NCBI GenBank assembly: GCA_050248855.1
Contig: JBFWRP010000003.1
Span: 128,001 to 192,000, forward strand
Origin: Planctomycetota bacterium
GTDB lineage: Bacteria > Planctomycetota > PLA2 > JAEUHO01
Reading direction: 5' to 3'
Length of the DNA stretch: 64,000 nucleotides
How positions within the stretch are numbered: position 1 is the first letter of the stretch; each line of letters opens with the position of its first letter. The notes under the pieces are model-generated. The model ran no database searches. It worked only from the letters and a program-made list of their open reading frames with translations, and was not told the DNA's origin. This document shows positions 55,817 to 64,000 of this stretch, in pieces. Both the position numbers and the translations under genes were made by a program.

Positions 55817-58800
55817 ATGGACCGCCGCCGCCCCTCCCTGCGCCTCCTTCCCCTCCTGCTGGCGGTCGGCGGCATGGTGTCCGTCGCCGTGTCCGCACGT
55901 GCCGACGACCCGCCCAAGAAGCGGGGTGAGTTCGACTTCGGCTCGCCGCCCGCCGAAGGCGATACCGCCGCACCGGGTGCGACGGCCCCCGAGGCGCCGA
56001 TCGATCGCACGGAACGCGCCATCCGCGCCGAGCTCGACGAGCTGCGCGGCTGGCCGGAGCAGCGCAGTGGACAGCGTGCGGCCGAGGCCCTGTTCCTGCG
56101 TGGGCAGGATGTCATCCCCTACCTCGTCGAGGTGCTGAAGAGCAGCGACGCGGGCATGCAGGCGATGCAGCCAGGAGCAGCCTGGGTGCTCGGCAAGCTC
56201 GGCGAGCCGGTGCACGTGCAGGTGATCCTCGGTGCGGCCGCCAAGCGCCCCAACGCAAGCCGCGCCGACGTCTTCTTCCGCGCCGCGTACGGGCTGAGCG
56301 ACCAGCACGCCAAGGCCTGGCTGATCAGCTTCCTGGGTCTGGCCAACCGTCCGTTGTTCCGTCGCGAGGCCACGCAGTTCCTCGCCGAGCACGTGACGTC
56401 GACCGACGGGCCCGCCGTGCTGCAGCTGCTCGAGGGCCGGAAGGCCCCCGTGCGCATCGCCGGCTTGCAGCTGTTGCGCCCCGCGGGCGTGCAGGATGCC
56501 GACGCGCGCATCCTGCAGGCGCTCGCCGACTCCGATCCCGACGTCGCCAGCACGGCGGCCGAGCTGCTCGGTCGCGGCGGCGACGCGGCCATGACCCAGC
56601 AGCTCAACGAGCTCGCGCGCAGCGGCGAGGCCCGCGAGCGCGCCTACGCGACGCTGGCCCTGGCCGAGCAAGCGCGCGTGCGCATGACCGAGCCCTTCGA
56701 GGTCGCCACCCTCACGTCGCTGTCCGGCCAGCGGGGCCTGTCGCATCCGCTCAAGCTGACGCGCGCCGCGGCGGGCGTGGGCCTGGCCTTCGGCGCCGCG
56801 TCCTCGCGCGACGAGGCCCTGCTCGCGCTGCTCGACCAGGCCGTCGTCGACGTGCTCGTGGACGCCGTGGGCGGCGACCACTTCCGCGACTACGAGAGCG
56901 TGCGCGGACCCGCCTTCGCCGCGCTGCGCCGCCTCACGGGCAAGGACCTGCCCGAGACCGCCGTCGACTGGGCCCAGTGGTGGCGGGGCGCACGCGGCTC
57001 GTTCCGCGCGCGCCGCCCCCTCGAGCGCCTCGAGGCGACGGACCTGCCGCAGGCCTCGGTGCGCATCACGGTCGTCGAGGCCAACGGCCTGCGCCGCACG
57101 GCCGAGTTCGTGCCCGCGGCCGCCCCGACCCGCCCCAACGTGCTCTGGGTGCAGGATCCGGCGTTCGCCGCGCTCGTCGCGTTCTTCGAGGACCTCGGCA
57201 TCTTCCAAGGGCCCGAGAGCGGCGAGGAACGCACCGACGAGCACGTGGCGGTGACGTTGTCCGTGGGCAACCAGCGCCGACGCATGGTGCTCACGCCCCA
57301 GGACGACACGGCGGAGCGGGAGCGCCCGACGACGCGCACGCGCATGCGCTTCGACGCCTTGCTCGAGGCCAACGAGTGGCAGACGTACGTCGACACCGAC
57401 AAGTGGCTCGACCGGAAGATCTGGTGGGAGCGCAACCAGGAGGCCCTCGAGGCCGCGGGGCCCGACGAGCGCACCGACTTCCTGCGCAGTGCGATCGTGG
57501 CGTCGTTCGACGACCTGGGCGACGACCTGGCCAAGGCCCAGGCGCTCTACCGCTTGCAGCGCCTGGGCGGCCGCCTCAGCGGACCCGAGGCCGCCGTGCT
57601 CGCGCGCGAGCTGGCCAGCGCGCCCGCGTTCGGCGTGATGGAGAAGGACGGCCTGCGCTGGATCCTGCGCCAGGGCCATGGCGACGTGCGGGCCGAGCTG
57701 CTCGGCCTGCTGGCCGGACGCCCGGAGGACGACGCCCGTCGCGTGCTCGCGCACATCCTCATGGAGGGTGGCATCGCGGCCCTGAAGGAGTCGTACTCCG
57801 ACCCCCGCGCGGGCATGCGCGCCGCGGGCGCGCTTGCGACGCGCCTGCTCATGAGCGGCGAGGACGGCGAGGTCGAAGAAGCCGTCCGCGAGCGGGCCAA
57901 GGAACGCCTGCGCCCGAGCCTCGAGGTGCTCGCGCTGGACGAGGATCCGCGCGTGTCCGTCGAGTCGCTCCTGGCCATGGCCTACTTCGGCGACCCGGGC
58001 GTCGTCGAGCGTCTCGAGAGCCTGTTCCGCGATGGCGACCTGGGTACGCGCCTCGAAGTGGCGCGCGCGCTCGGCTACATCCCCGGCAATGCAGCACACC
58101 CCTTCCTGACGCGCGTTCTCGCCGAGGAGCGTGGCGAGGGCAGCGGCGCGCTGCGGGCCGCGGCCTTGCGCTCGATGGCCCGCGCCGGCCACAAGGACGC
58201 CGTGCGCCTGCTCGGCTACTACCTGACCAACGACAGCGACCGCCACGTGCAGGAGGCCGCCGCCGAGGCGTTGGCCGAGCTCGGCTCCGCCGAGGCCCGC
58301 TTCATGATCGTCGACGAGCTCATGCGAGGGCCCTCGCAGGCCGATCGTCGCGCGCGTCTGGTCGACACGTTGGGGCGCTTCGACGGCGACGTCGTGATCG
58401 AGCAGCTGCGCCGGCACCTGGGGGACGAGAGCCCCGACGTCGTCGCCGCGGCGGCGCTGCGCGGCGCCGAGCGCGGGATGGGCGAGACGGTGCCCTACCT
58501 CGTGGCCCTGCTGCGCGGTGGGACGGCGTCCGAGAAGGACCGCGCCCGCGTGGCGCTGGAGGTGCTCACCTCCACGCGCTTCGACGAGCGCTCGCCCACG
58601 CTGCTCGCCGAGCGCTACCAGGCGTGGTACGAGCGCGAGCGCGTCGGCACCGCACGCGCTTGGTTCCGCGACGCGCTCAAGCGCAAGGGCTACGACGTCA
58701 CGGGCCTCGGCCTGTATGTCAAGGGCGATCCGGACGAGACCACGGTGCCGCTCTTCGTGCGCGTGCTGCGCGACCCGGATCCCGTGCTGCGCCGCAACGC

Positions 58801-58942
58801 CGCCAGGGCCCTCCACGATGTCGCCGGGCGCTCCTTCGGGGACGTGGACGTGACGACGTCGCCGCGCCGGGCCGAGGAGATCGCCGCGCTGTGGGCGGAC
58901 TGGTTCCGCGAGCGCGTGTCGGGCCTCGGGGGCGATCGGTGA
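55817..58942 (+). CDS. Large exported HEAT-repeat protein
   Basis: Signal peptide ending ARA-DD; many HEAT repeats (LADSDPDVASTAAELLG, DSDRHVQEAAAEALAELG, LRDPDPVLRRNAARAL). Confidence 0.78.
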   Translation: MDRRRPSLRLLPLLLAVGGMVSVAVSARADDPPKKRGEFDFGSPPAEGDTAAPGATAPEAPIDRTERAIRAELDELRGWPEQRSGQRAAEALFLRGQDVIPYLVEVLKSSDAGMQAMQPGAAWVLGKLGEPVHVQVILGAAAKRPNASRADVFFRAAYGLSDQHAKAWLISFLGLANRPLFRREATQFLAEHVTSTDGPAVLQLLEGRKAPVRIAGLQLLRPAGVQDADARILQALADSDPDVASTAAELLGRGGDAAMTQQLNELARSGEARERAYATLALAEQARVRMTEPFEVATLTSLSGQRGLSHPLKLTRAAAGVGLAFGAASSRDEALLALLDQAVVDVLVDAVGGDHFRDYESVRGPAFAALRRLTGKDLPETAVDWAQWWRGARGSFRARRPLERLEATDLPQASVRITVVEANGLRRTAEFVPAAAPTRPNVLWVQDPAFAALVAFFEDLGIFQGPESGEERTDEHVAVTLSVGNQRRRMVLTPQDDTAERERPTTRTRMRFDALLEANEWQTYVDTDKWLDRKIWWERNQEALEAAGPDERTDFLRSAIVASFDDLGDDLAKAQALYRLQRLGGRLSGPEAAVLARELASAPAFGVMEKDGLRWILRQGHGDVRAELLGLLAGRPEDDARRVLAHILMEGGIAALKESYSDPRAGMRAAGALATRLLMSGEDGEVEEAVRERAKERLRPSLEVLALDEDPRVSVESLLAMAYFGDPGVVERLESLFRDGDLGTRLEVARALGYIPGNAAHPFLTRVLAEERGEGSGALRAAALRSMARAGHKDAVRLLGYYLTNDSDRHVQEAAAEALAELGSAEARFMIVDELMRGPSQADRRARLVDTLGRFDGDVVIEQLRRHLGDESPDVVAAAALRGAERGMGETVPYLVALLRGGTASEKDRARVALEVLTSTRFDERSPTLLAERYQAWYERERVGTARAWFRDALKRKGYDVTGLGLYVKGDPDETTVPLFVRVLRDPDPVLRRNAARALHDVAGRSFGDVDVTTSPRRAEEIAALWADWFRERVSGLGGDR

Positions 58943-59520
58943 GCAGCGGTCGCGGGCCTCGGCTCGCGGTCGTGGCCCTCCTCCTCGTGGTCGCCGGCCT
59001 GGCGGGCCTGGCCATCGGGTGGCGCGAAGGCGAGGACGCGCCGGACCTCGATCGATGGCGCCCCCTGGTCGACGAGATCGCTCGCGCCGAGGGCGTGGAC
59101 CCGAGCCTGTTGCTGGCCCTGGTCGCGGCGGAGAGCGGGGGCGACCCGGCTGCCGTCAGCCGTGCCGGCGCACGGGGCCTGGCGCAGCTGATGCCCGCGA
59201 CCGCCGCCGAGGAGGCCGTCCGGCGCGGGCGGGCCGCGCCCACGCTCGAGGGCCTGCTGGACCCGCGGACGAACCTCGGCTTGGGCGCGTCGTACCTGAA
59301 ACGCCTGCTCGACCGCTACGGGGGCGAGGAGGCCTTCGCCCTGGCTGCCTACAACGCGGGCATGGGCCGCATGGACCGTTGGCGGCAGCGCGCCTACGAC
59401 CTCGCGCCGCGCGCCGTGATCGAGCGCGAAGCCTTCGACGAGACGCGGCGCTACGTGGACCGCGTGCTCGCGTGGCGCGCCAGCTACGGCGCTACATCCC
59501 CCCGTCACCCAGGGCCATGA
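58939..59520 (+). CDS. Lytic transglycosylase, Slt family
   Basis: ALVAAESGG, GARGLAQLMPATA, LAAYNAG, ETRRYV; N-terminal TM. Confidence 0.92.
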   Translation: MSSGRGPRLAVVALLLVVAGLAGLAIGWREGEDAPDLDRWRPLVDEIARAEGVDPSLLLALVAAESGGDPAAVSRAGARGLAQLMPATAAEEAVRRGRAAPTLEGLLDPRTNLGLGASYLKRLLDRYGGEEAFALAAYNAGMGRMDRWRQRAYDLAPRAVIEREAFDETRRYVDRVLAWRASYGATSPRHPGP

Positions 59521-61357
59521 GGAACTCCCGGTTCGTCGGGAACTCCTTCAGCTTGACGATCAGGGCGCGCATGACTTCCTCGGCCGGGAGACCGGTCACG
59601 GCGCGACGCAGGCGCACGGTCTGCGCCATCTCGTCGGGATGGAGCAGCAAGTCCTCGTTGCGCGTGCCCGAGGCGGGAACGTCGATCGCGGGCCAGATGC
59701 GGGCGTTGGAAAGGTCGCGGCTGAGCACGCACTCCATGTTGCCGGTGCCCTTGAACTCCTCGAAGATGACCTGGTCCAGCTTGGAGCCCGTGTCCACGAG
59801 GGACGTGGCGATGATGGTGAGACTGCCGCCGTCCTCGACGTTGCGCGCGCTGCCGAAGAAGCGCTTGGGCTTGGTCAATGCGTTGGCGTCCAAGCCGCCC
59901 GTGAGGATGCGACCGCTGCCGCCCGTCATGTTGTTGTAGGCGCGGCCGAGGCGCGTGATCGAGTCGAGCAGCAGCACTACGTTGCGCTTGAGCTCGACCA
60001 TGCGCTTGACCTTCTCCATGACGAGCTCGGCCACGCGCACGTGGTTGGCGGCCGGCTTGTCGAAGGTGGACGCGATGACCTCGCCCCGCACCGAGCGGCG
60101 CATGTTGGTGACTTCCTCGGGGCGCTCGTCGACCAGCAGGACGACGATGTCCACGTCCGGGCTGTTGGTCGCAATGGCGTCGGCGAGCTTGGTGAGCAGC
60201 ACCGTCTTGCCCGAGCGCGGCGGCGCCACGATGAGGCCGCGCTGCCCGCGGCCCACCGGGCAGAACAGGTCCATGATGCGCATCTCGAAGCCCGTGGGCT
60301 CGACCTCGAGCGGCAGCCGCGTGTCGGGGTAGACGACGGTCAGGTCCTTGAACGGGATGACGTCCGCGAGCACGGCGGGGTCCTGGTGGTTGACCTCCTC
60401 GACCGTCTGCAGCGCCAGGTAGGCCTGGCCGGGACGCGGGCGGTGGGCCTCGCCCGCGACGTAGTGGCCGGGCTGCAGCCCGACGCGGCGCAGCAAGGCG
60501 GCGGCGACGTAGACGTCCTCCGGGTGCTGGCTGTAGCCGCGCTCGGAGCGGCGGAGGAAGCCGTAGCCGTCGGGGTGCATCTCGAGCAGGCCCTCGACCC
60601 GCACGGTCTCGACCTCGCCCGTGGGCTCGTCCGGGGCGGGCTCGCGGGGGCTCGGGGTGCGCTCGCGTCGTTCGCGCCGCGCGCGGCCACCTCCCTCGCG
60701 CACGGCGCCTTCGCGCCCGTCGCGCCCGTTGCGCCCGCCGCGTGCCGGCTGGTGCGTCACCAGGCGCACGGCAATGTCCGTCACGCGCTCCTGGTCGGCG
60801 ACGGCGAGACCTTCGTCGCGGGCCAGCTGGCGCAGCGCGTCCTCCGGCAGGCGACCGAGATCGCTGACGTGGGCCTGCCCCCGCCGCACGCGGTCGAGCA
60901 GCTGTCGCGGGTCCTCGTCGCCGCGGACGGGCGCGGGCGGTGGCGCGGACGGACGGCCGAACGCGGGGAGGTCGGCCTCGTCCGGAAGCGGCGGGATGTC
61001 GGCGCCAGCACCGTCGGCCAGGTCGGGACGACGCGCTGCCGGCAGGCGCCGACGGCGGCCGCGGCGAAGGCCCCCGGCGGCGGGGCGGTCCGGCATCTCG
61101 GCCTCGACCGCCTCTGCCCTCTCGGCCGGCTCGGCGCGTCCGCTGGCGGCGTCGTCCAGCCCCGCATCGTCCACCGCTTCGGCGGAGTCCGCCGCTTCGG
61201 GGGCGTCCACGTCGGCCTTGGCGGTGGCGGCCTTCTTGCGCGTCGAGGCGGTCTTCTTCTTCTTGGCGCCGGCGGACTTCTTCGTCGTCGCGCTCTTCTT
61301 CTTGGCCGCGCTCTTCTTGGCGGGCGTCTTCTTGGCAGTCTTCTTCTTCGCGGCCAT
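59492..61357 (-). CDS. rho: Transcription termination factor Rho with long low-complexity N-terminus
   Basis: DGYGFLR, GRGQRGLIVAPPRSGKT, LVDERPEEVT, DSITRLGRAYN, FEEFKGTGNME, SGTRNEDLL. Confidence 0.97.
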   Translation of the reverse strand: MAAKKKTAKKTPAKKSAAKKKSATTKKSAGAKKKKTASTRKKAATAKADVDAPEAADSAEAVDDAGLDDAASGRAEPAERAEAVEAEMPDRPAAGGLRRGRRRRLPAARRPDLADGAGADIPPLPDEADLPAFGRPSAPPPAPVRGDEDPRQLLDRVRRGQAHVSDLGRLPEDALRQLARDEGLAVADQERVTDIAVRLVTHQPARGGRNGRDGREGAVREGGGRARRERRERTPSPREPAPDEPTGEVETVRVEGLLEMHPDGYGFLRRSERGYSQHPEDVYVAAALLRRVGLQPGHYVAGEAHRPRPGQAYLALQTVEEVNHQDPAVLADVIPFKDLTVVYPDTRLPLEVEPTGFEMRIMDLFCPVGRGQRGLIVAPPRSGKTVLLTKLADAIATNSPDVDIVVLLVDERPEEVTNMRRSVRGEVIASTFDKPAANHVRVAELVMEKVKRMVELKRNVVLLLDSITRLGRAYNNMTGGSGRILTGGLDANALTKPKRFFGSARNVEDGGSLTIIATSLVDTGSKLDQVIFEEFKGTGNMECVLSRDLSNARIWPAIDVPASGTRNEDLLLHPDEMAQTVRLRRAVTGLPAEEVMRALIVKLKEFPTNREFLMALGDGGM

Positions 61358-61434
61358 GCGCGTTCCTAGGCAGGACGCCACGCCCCTTCCGGGTCGGGCA
61401 TCGCGGAAGGGGGAGGGGAGGACGAACGGCCGAG

Positions 61435-62094
61435 TCAGGCGGCCGGGTCGGCTTGCTTCGCCGGGCCGACCGGAGTCAGCGGGGCAGGGCCCACGCCGAG
61501 GTCGGCGAGCGCGCGCCGGATCTGCTCATCCAGGTCGGCCGGGCTGCCGGCGTTGTCCAGGATGCGGTCGGCACGTGCGCGCTTGCGCACCAGTGGACTC
61601 TGGAACCGCTCGCGTTGCGCGATCTGTCCGGCCGTCAGGCCCCGGTCGGCGGCGCGCTCCTGACGCAGCGCCTCGGGCACCTCGATGAACCAGAGCTCGG
61701 TGCAGGCCCGGTCGAGCCCGACCTCGATCAGCAGCGGGACGTCCAGGATGAGCACGGGCGGGCCCTCGCCCCGGAGGTGGTCCTCGATGGCGGCCTTGAT
61801 GGCGACCTGGACGGTGGGGTGGACGAGGCGTTCGAGGCGCCTCAGCATGGCGGCGTCGCTGAACACGCTGGCCCCCAGCGCAACGCGATCGGGCTTGCCG
61901 TCGGGGCTCACGAAGCCAGGCCCGACGGCCGCTTCCAGGCGCCCGTCCGCCGCAGCGGCGGCCAGGGCGTGGTGGGCGATGCTGTCGGCATCGACGACGC
62001 GCCCGGGGCCCAGCGAGGCGAGCCGTCGCGCCACCGTGCTCTTGCCGGAGCAGATGCCGCCGAGCAGACCGATGACGGGGCGAGTGCGGAACAT
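61435..62094 (-). CDS. coaE: Dephospho-CoA kinase
   Basis: IGLLGGICSGKSTVA, DADSIAH, DRVALG, LERLVHP, LDVPLLIE, ADRILDN; SD GGAGGT. Confidence 0.95.
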   Translation of the reverse strand: MFRTRPVIGLLGGICSGKSTVARRLASLGPGRVVDADSIAHHALAAAAADGRLEAAVGPGFVSPDGKPDRVALGASVFSDAAMLRRLERLVHPTVQVAIKAAIEDHLRGEGPPVLILDVPLLIEVGLDRACTELWFIEVPEALRQERAADRGLTAGQIAQRERFQSPLVRKRARADRILDNAGSPADLDEQIRRALADLGVGPAPLTPVGPAKQADPAA

Positions 62095-62489
62095 GGCGCT
62101 ACCTCCTGGGCACTCCCTCGCATGCCTCGGCCAAGGGACGTGCCGTGCAGGCCGGCAGATCCCATGAAGGCGCTCCCCGGAAGGCAGGGCGGCCCGCAGG
62201 GACTCGAGTCCCGGCCGCGCTCCCCGGGCGCCAGGGTCAGGAGGGACCCCAAGGCTAAGGGCGGAGCGAGGGGGGGGTCAAGGGGGTCCGGTCCAATGTG
62301 GGGACGCCGAGGTTGACCGTCCGGTGACGGGTCGGCTACCCTCTTGGCCGAGGGCAGGAGGACCGGACGGTTGGGGCGACCCGCCGGACGGCCGATCGTC
62401 CCGTGCGGCGTCAGGGAGGTGCCGACGGGACGTCCCGCTGCGCACCCAGTTCATCGACCCCGGAGTCCGTGACTCCGTCGGAGGAAGGC

Positions 62490-64000
62490 ATGAGGGCCCC
62501 GTCCCACCACCAATCGGGCATCTACCGTGGCAGCGAGCGGGGCGCGAGTGCGTGGCCCTTCATCCTGACGCTCGTGCTGTTGCTCGTGTTCGTCTGGCTC
62601 TGGTACGCCGAGACGGAGAAGAAGGACAACGCGCTCGCGGCCGAGAAGCAGGCGAAGCAGGCCGAGCTCGACGCCAAGAACGAGACGAAGCGCGCCATGG
62701 ACGAGCTCGAGGCGCTGTCGCGCGTCGTCGGCTACCAGGACTCCACGTTCAGCGCCGGCGGTCGAACGATCAGCACCACGAATCGCGCCACGCTCGAGGC
62801 CCACGTCAAGCCCGACGGCACGCTCCCGGGTGAGACCGGCGGCAAGGGCACGCTGGCTGTGCTGATGGAAAAGGCCCAGATGGCCTTCACCCGCGCGGGG
62901 CGCATCCACACGTCGCAGATCGGCGCCGAGAAGGCGCTCGACTACTCCGTGCTCCCGCAGGCTTTCAAGGACAAGCTGCAGGCCTACCGCGATGCCTGGG
63001 GCAATGGCATCGGCGAGAAGCCCGTCCCTCCGACGGACGAGGACGACGTCGCCGCGATGGCCGCCTACAAGGACGAGATCGCGCAGTACGAGGAGAAGGC
63101 GCGCCAGCGCGACGAGGCGTTCGCCGACCTGGCCTCGGACGAGGCGTGGAAGCAGATCTCCGAGGTCGTGCGCATGCCGGCCGAGTGGGCGGGGCAGACG
63201 GGCACCGAGATCGTCGTCAACTACCTGCCGCTCCCCGAGGGTGGCGCGTACACGGTCGAGGCCCTGCTCGAGCCCCTTCCGGCCATGATCGACAACTACG
63301 AGAGCGAGATCACGGCCCTGCAAGCTGCGGCCGCCAGCACGATCACGCAGCAGGCTGCCGACATCACGGCTGCGCGCACCGAGCTCGACAACACCCGTGC
63401 CGAGCTGTCGCGGGTGCAGAGCGAGAGCACCCAGCAGATCGAGGCGGCCAACCGCACGATCACCGAGCAGACGGAGTCGATCACCCGCCTGCAGGATGAG
63501 AAGAGCACGGCGCAGAACGAGCTCGAGCAGGCCAAGGAGCGCCACAAGGGCGACATCACCAAGGTCGAAGCCGATCGGGACGCCTACCGCTCCGGTCTGG
63601 CCAACGCCAAGGAGCGCCGCGACGTGCGCATCCGCCGCGACGACCCGAAGGGCACGATGCTCGCGGTCAGCGACGCGATGGGCACCGGCGCCATCGACCT
63701 CGGCACGTCGGACAAGGCCTACGTGGGCATGGTCTTCGTCGTCAGCGGCTTGGACCGCGGCGGCAACCGGGTGGACAAGGGCCGGGTCGTCGTGACGCAG
63801 GTCACCGGTCCCCACTCGTCCAAGGTCCGCGTGCTCGAGGGCCGCGGCCAGATCGCCGGCGGCGACCGCCTCCACAACGCGCTCTACAACCCGACCGACC
63901 CCATCCACGTGTACATCCATGGCAAGCTCGACAAGTGGCCCCGTGAGCTGGCCGTGGCGCGCCTGCGTCGCCTGGGCGTCATCGTCCAGGAGCAGGTCGA
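62490..64000 (+). CDS. Hypothetical bitopic coiled-coil protein with beta-barrel and start of a BRCT-like domain (3'-truncated; not in ORF track)
   Basis: ATG after GAGGAAGG; MRAPSH...ERGASAWPFILTLVLLLVFVWLWY TM; long heptad region; IDLGTSDKAYVGMVFVV...KGRVVVTQV; frame open to window end. Confidence 0.72.
   Translation, partial: MRAPSHHQSGIYRGSERGASAWPFILTLVLLLVFVWLWYAETEKKDNALAAEKQAKQAELDAKNETKRAMDELEALSRVVGYQDSTFSAGGRTISTTNRATLEAHVKPDGTLPGETGGKGTLAVLMEKAQMAFTRAGRIHTSQIGAEKALDYSVLPQAFKDKLQAYRDAWGNGIGEKPVPPTDEDDVAAMAAYKDEIAQYEEKARQRDEAFADLASDEAWKQISEVVRMPAEWAGQTGTEIVVNYLPLPEGGAYTVEALLEPLPAMIDNYESEITALQAAAASTITQQAADITAARTELDNTRAELSRVQSESTQQIEAANRTITEQTESITRLQDEKSTAQNELEQAKERHKGDITKVEADRDAYRSGLANAKERRDVRIRRDDPKGTMLAVSDAMGTGAIDLGTSDKAYVGMVFVVSGLDRGGNRVDKGRVVVTQVTGPHSSKVRVLEGRGQIAGGDRLHNALYNPTDPIHVYIHGKLDKWPRELAVARLRRLGVIVQEQV

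Noticed and set aside
59492..59520. 29-nt convergent overlap of the Slt and rho 3' ends as an antisense mechanism
   Set aside because: Short tail-to-tail overlaps are common in compact high-GC genomes and nothing else supports regulation.
1..64000. CRISPR arrays, tRNA/rRNA genes, defence or toxin-immunity modules
   Set aside because: No repeat-spacer periodicity or RNA-gene motifs seen; the array genes keep a conserved C-terminus and have no intervening immunity ORFs, unlike polymorphic toxin loci.

Overview
High-GC bacterial chromosome segment from the PVC superphylum, most likely a planctomycete (it carries the PVC 'small basic protein' at 44540-44764). It has three parts. (1) 1-7638 is the distal half of a complex I operon (nuoH-I-J-K-L-M-N), in which NuoK carries an unusual His/Asp tail. 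(2) 7666-33675 is a surface-protein locus: a small divergent SdrD-B-like lipoprotein followed by a ~25 kb tandem array of five paralogous ~1520-aa lipoproteins. Each has a lipobox, four Ig-like modules and a large propeller-like head with Tyr/Ser/Thr-rich variable loops. Each copy has its own sigma54-type GG-N10-GC promoter, copies 1-4 end in hairpins, and a 17-bp palindrome (TGGMAAC-N3-GTTKCCA) recurs around the promoters. Copies 4 and 5 share a ~400-bp perfectly identical tract. (3) 33723-64000 holds mixed housekeeping and regulatory genes: TetR, queD, a DsbD fusion, a LarA-family enzyme, an ECF sigma with a CxxCH-bearing anti-sigma, a class IV aminotransferase, an ABC permease, HEAT proteins, pdxA, VWA and NPCBM proteins, PP2C, a second ECF/anti-sigma pair, recG, an Slt, rho and coaE. 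Several of these genes look leaderless. I saw no RNA genes, CRISPR, integrase, transposase or reverse transcriptase. All calls come from reading the sequence by eye; no searches were run.
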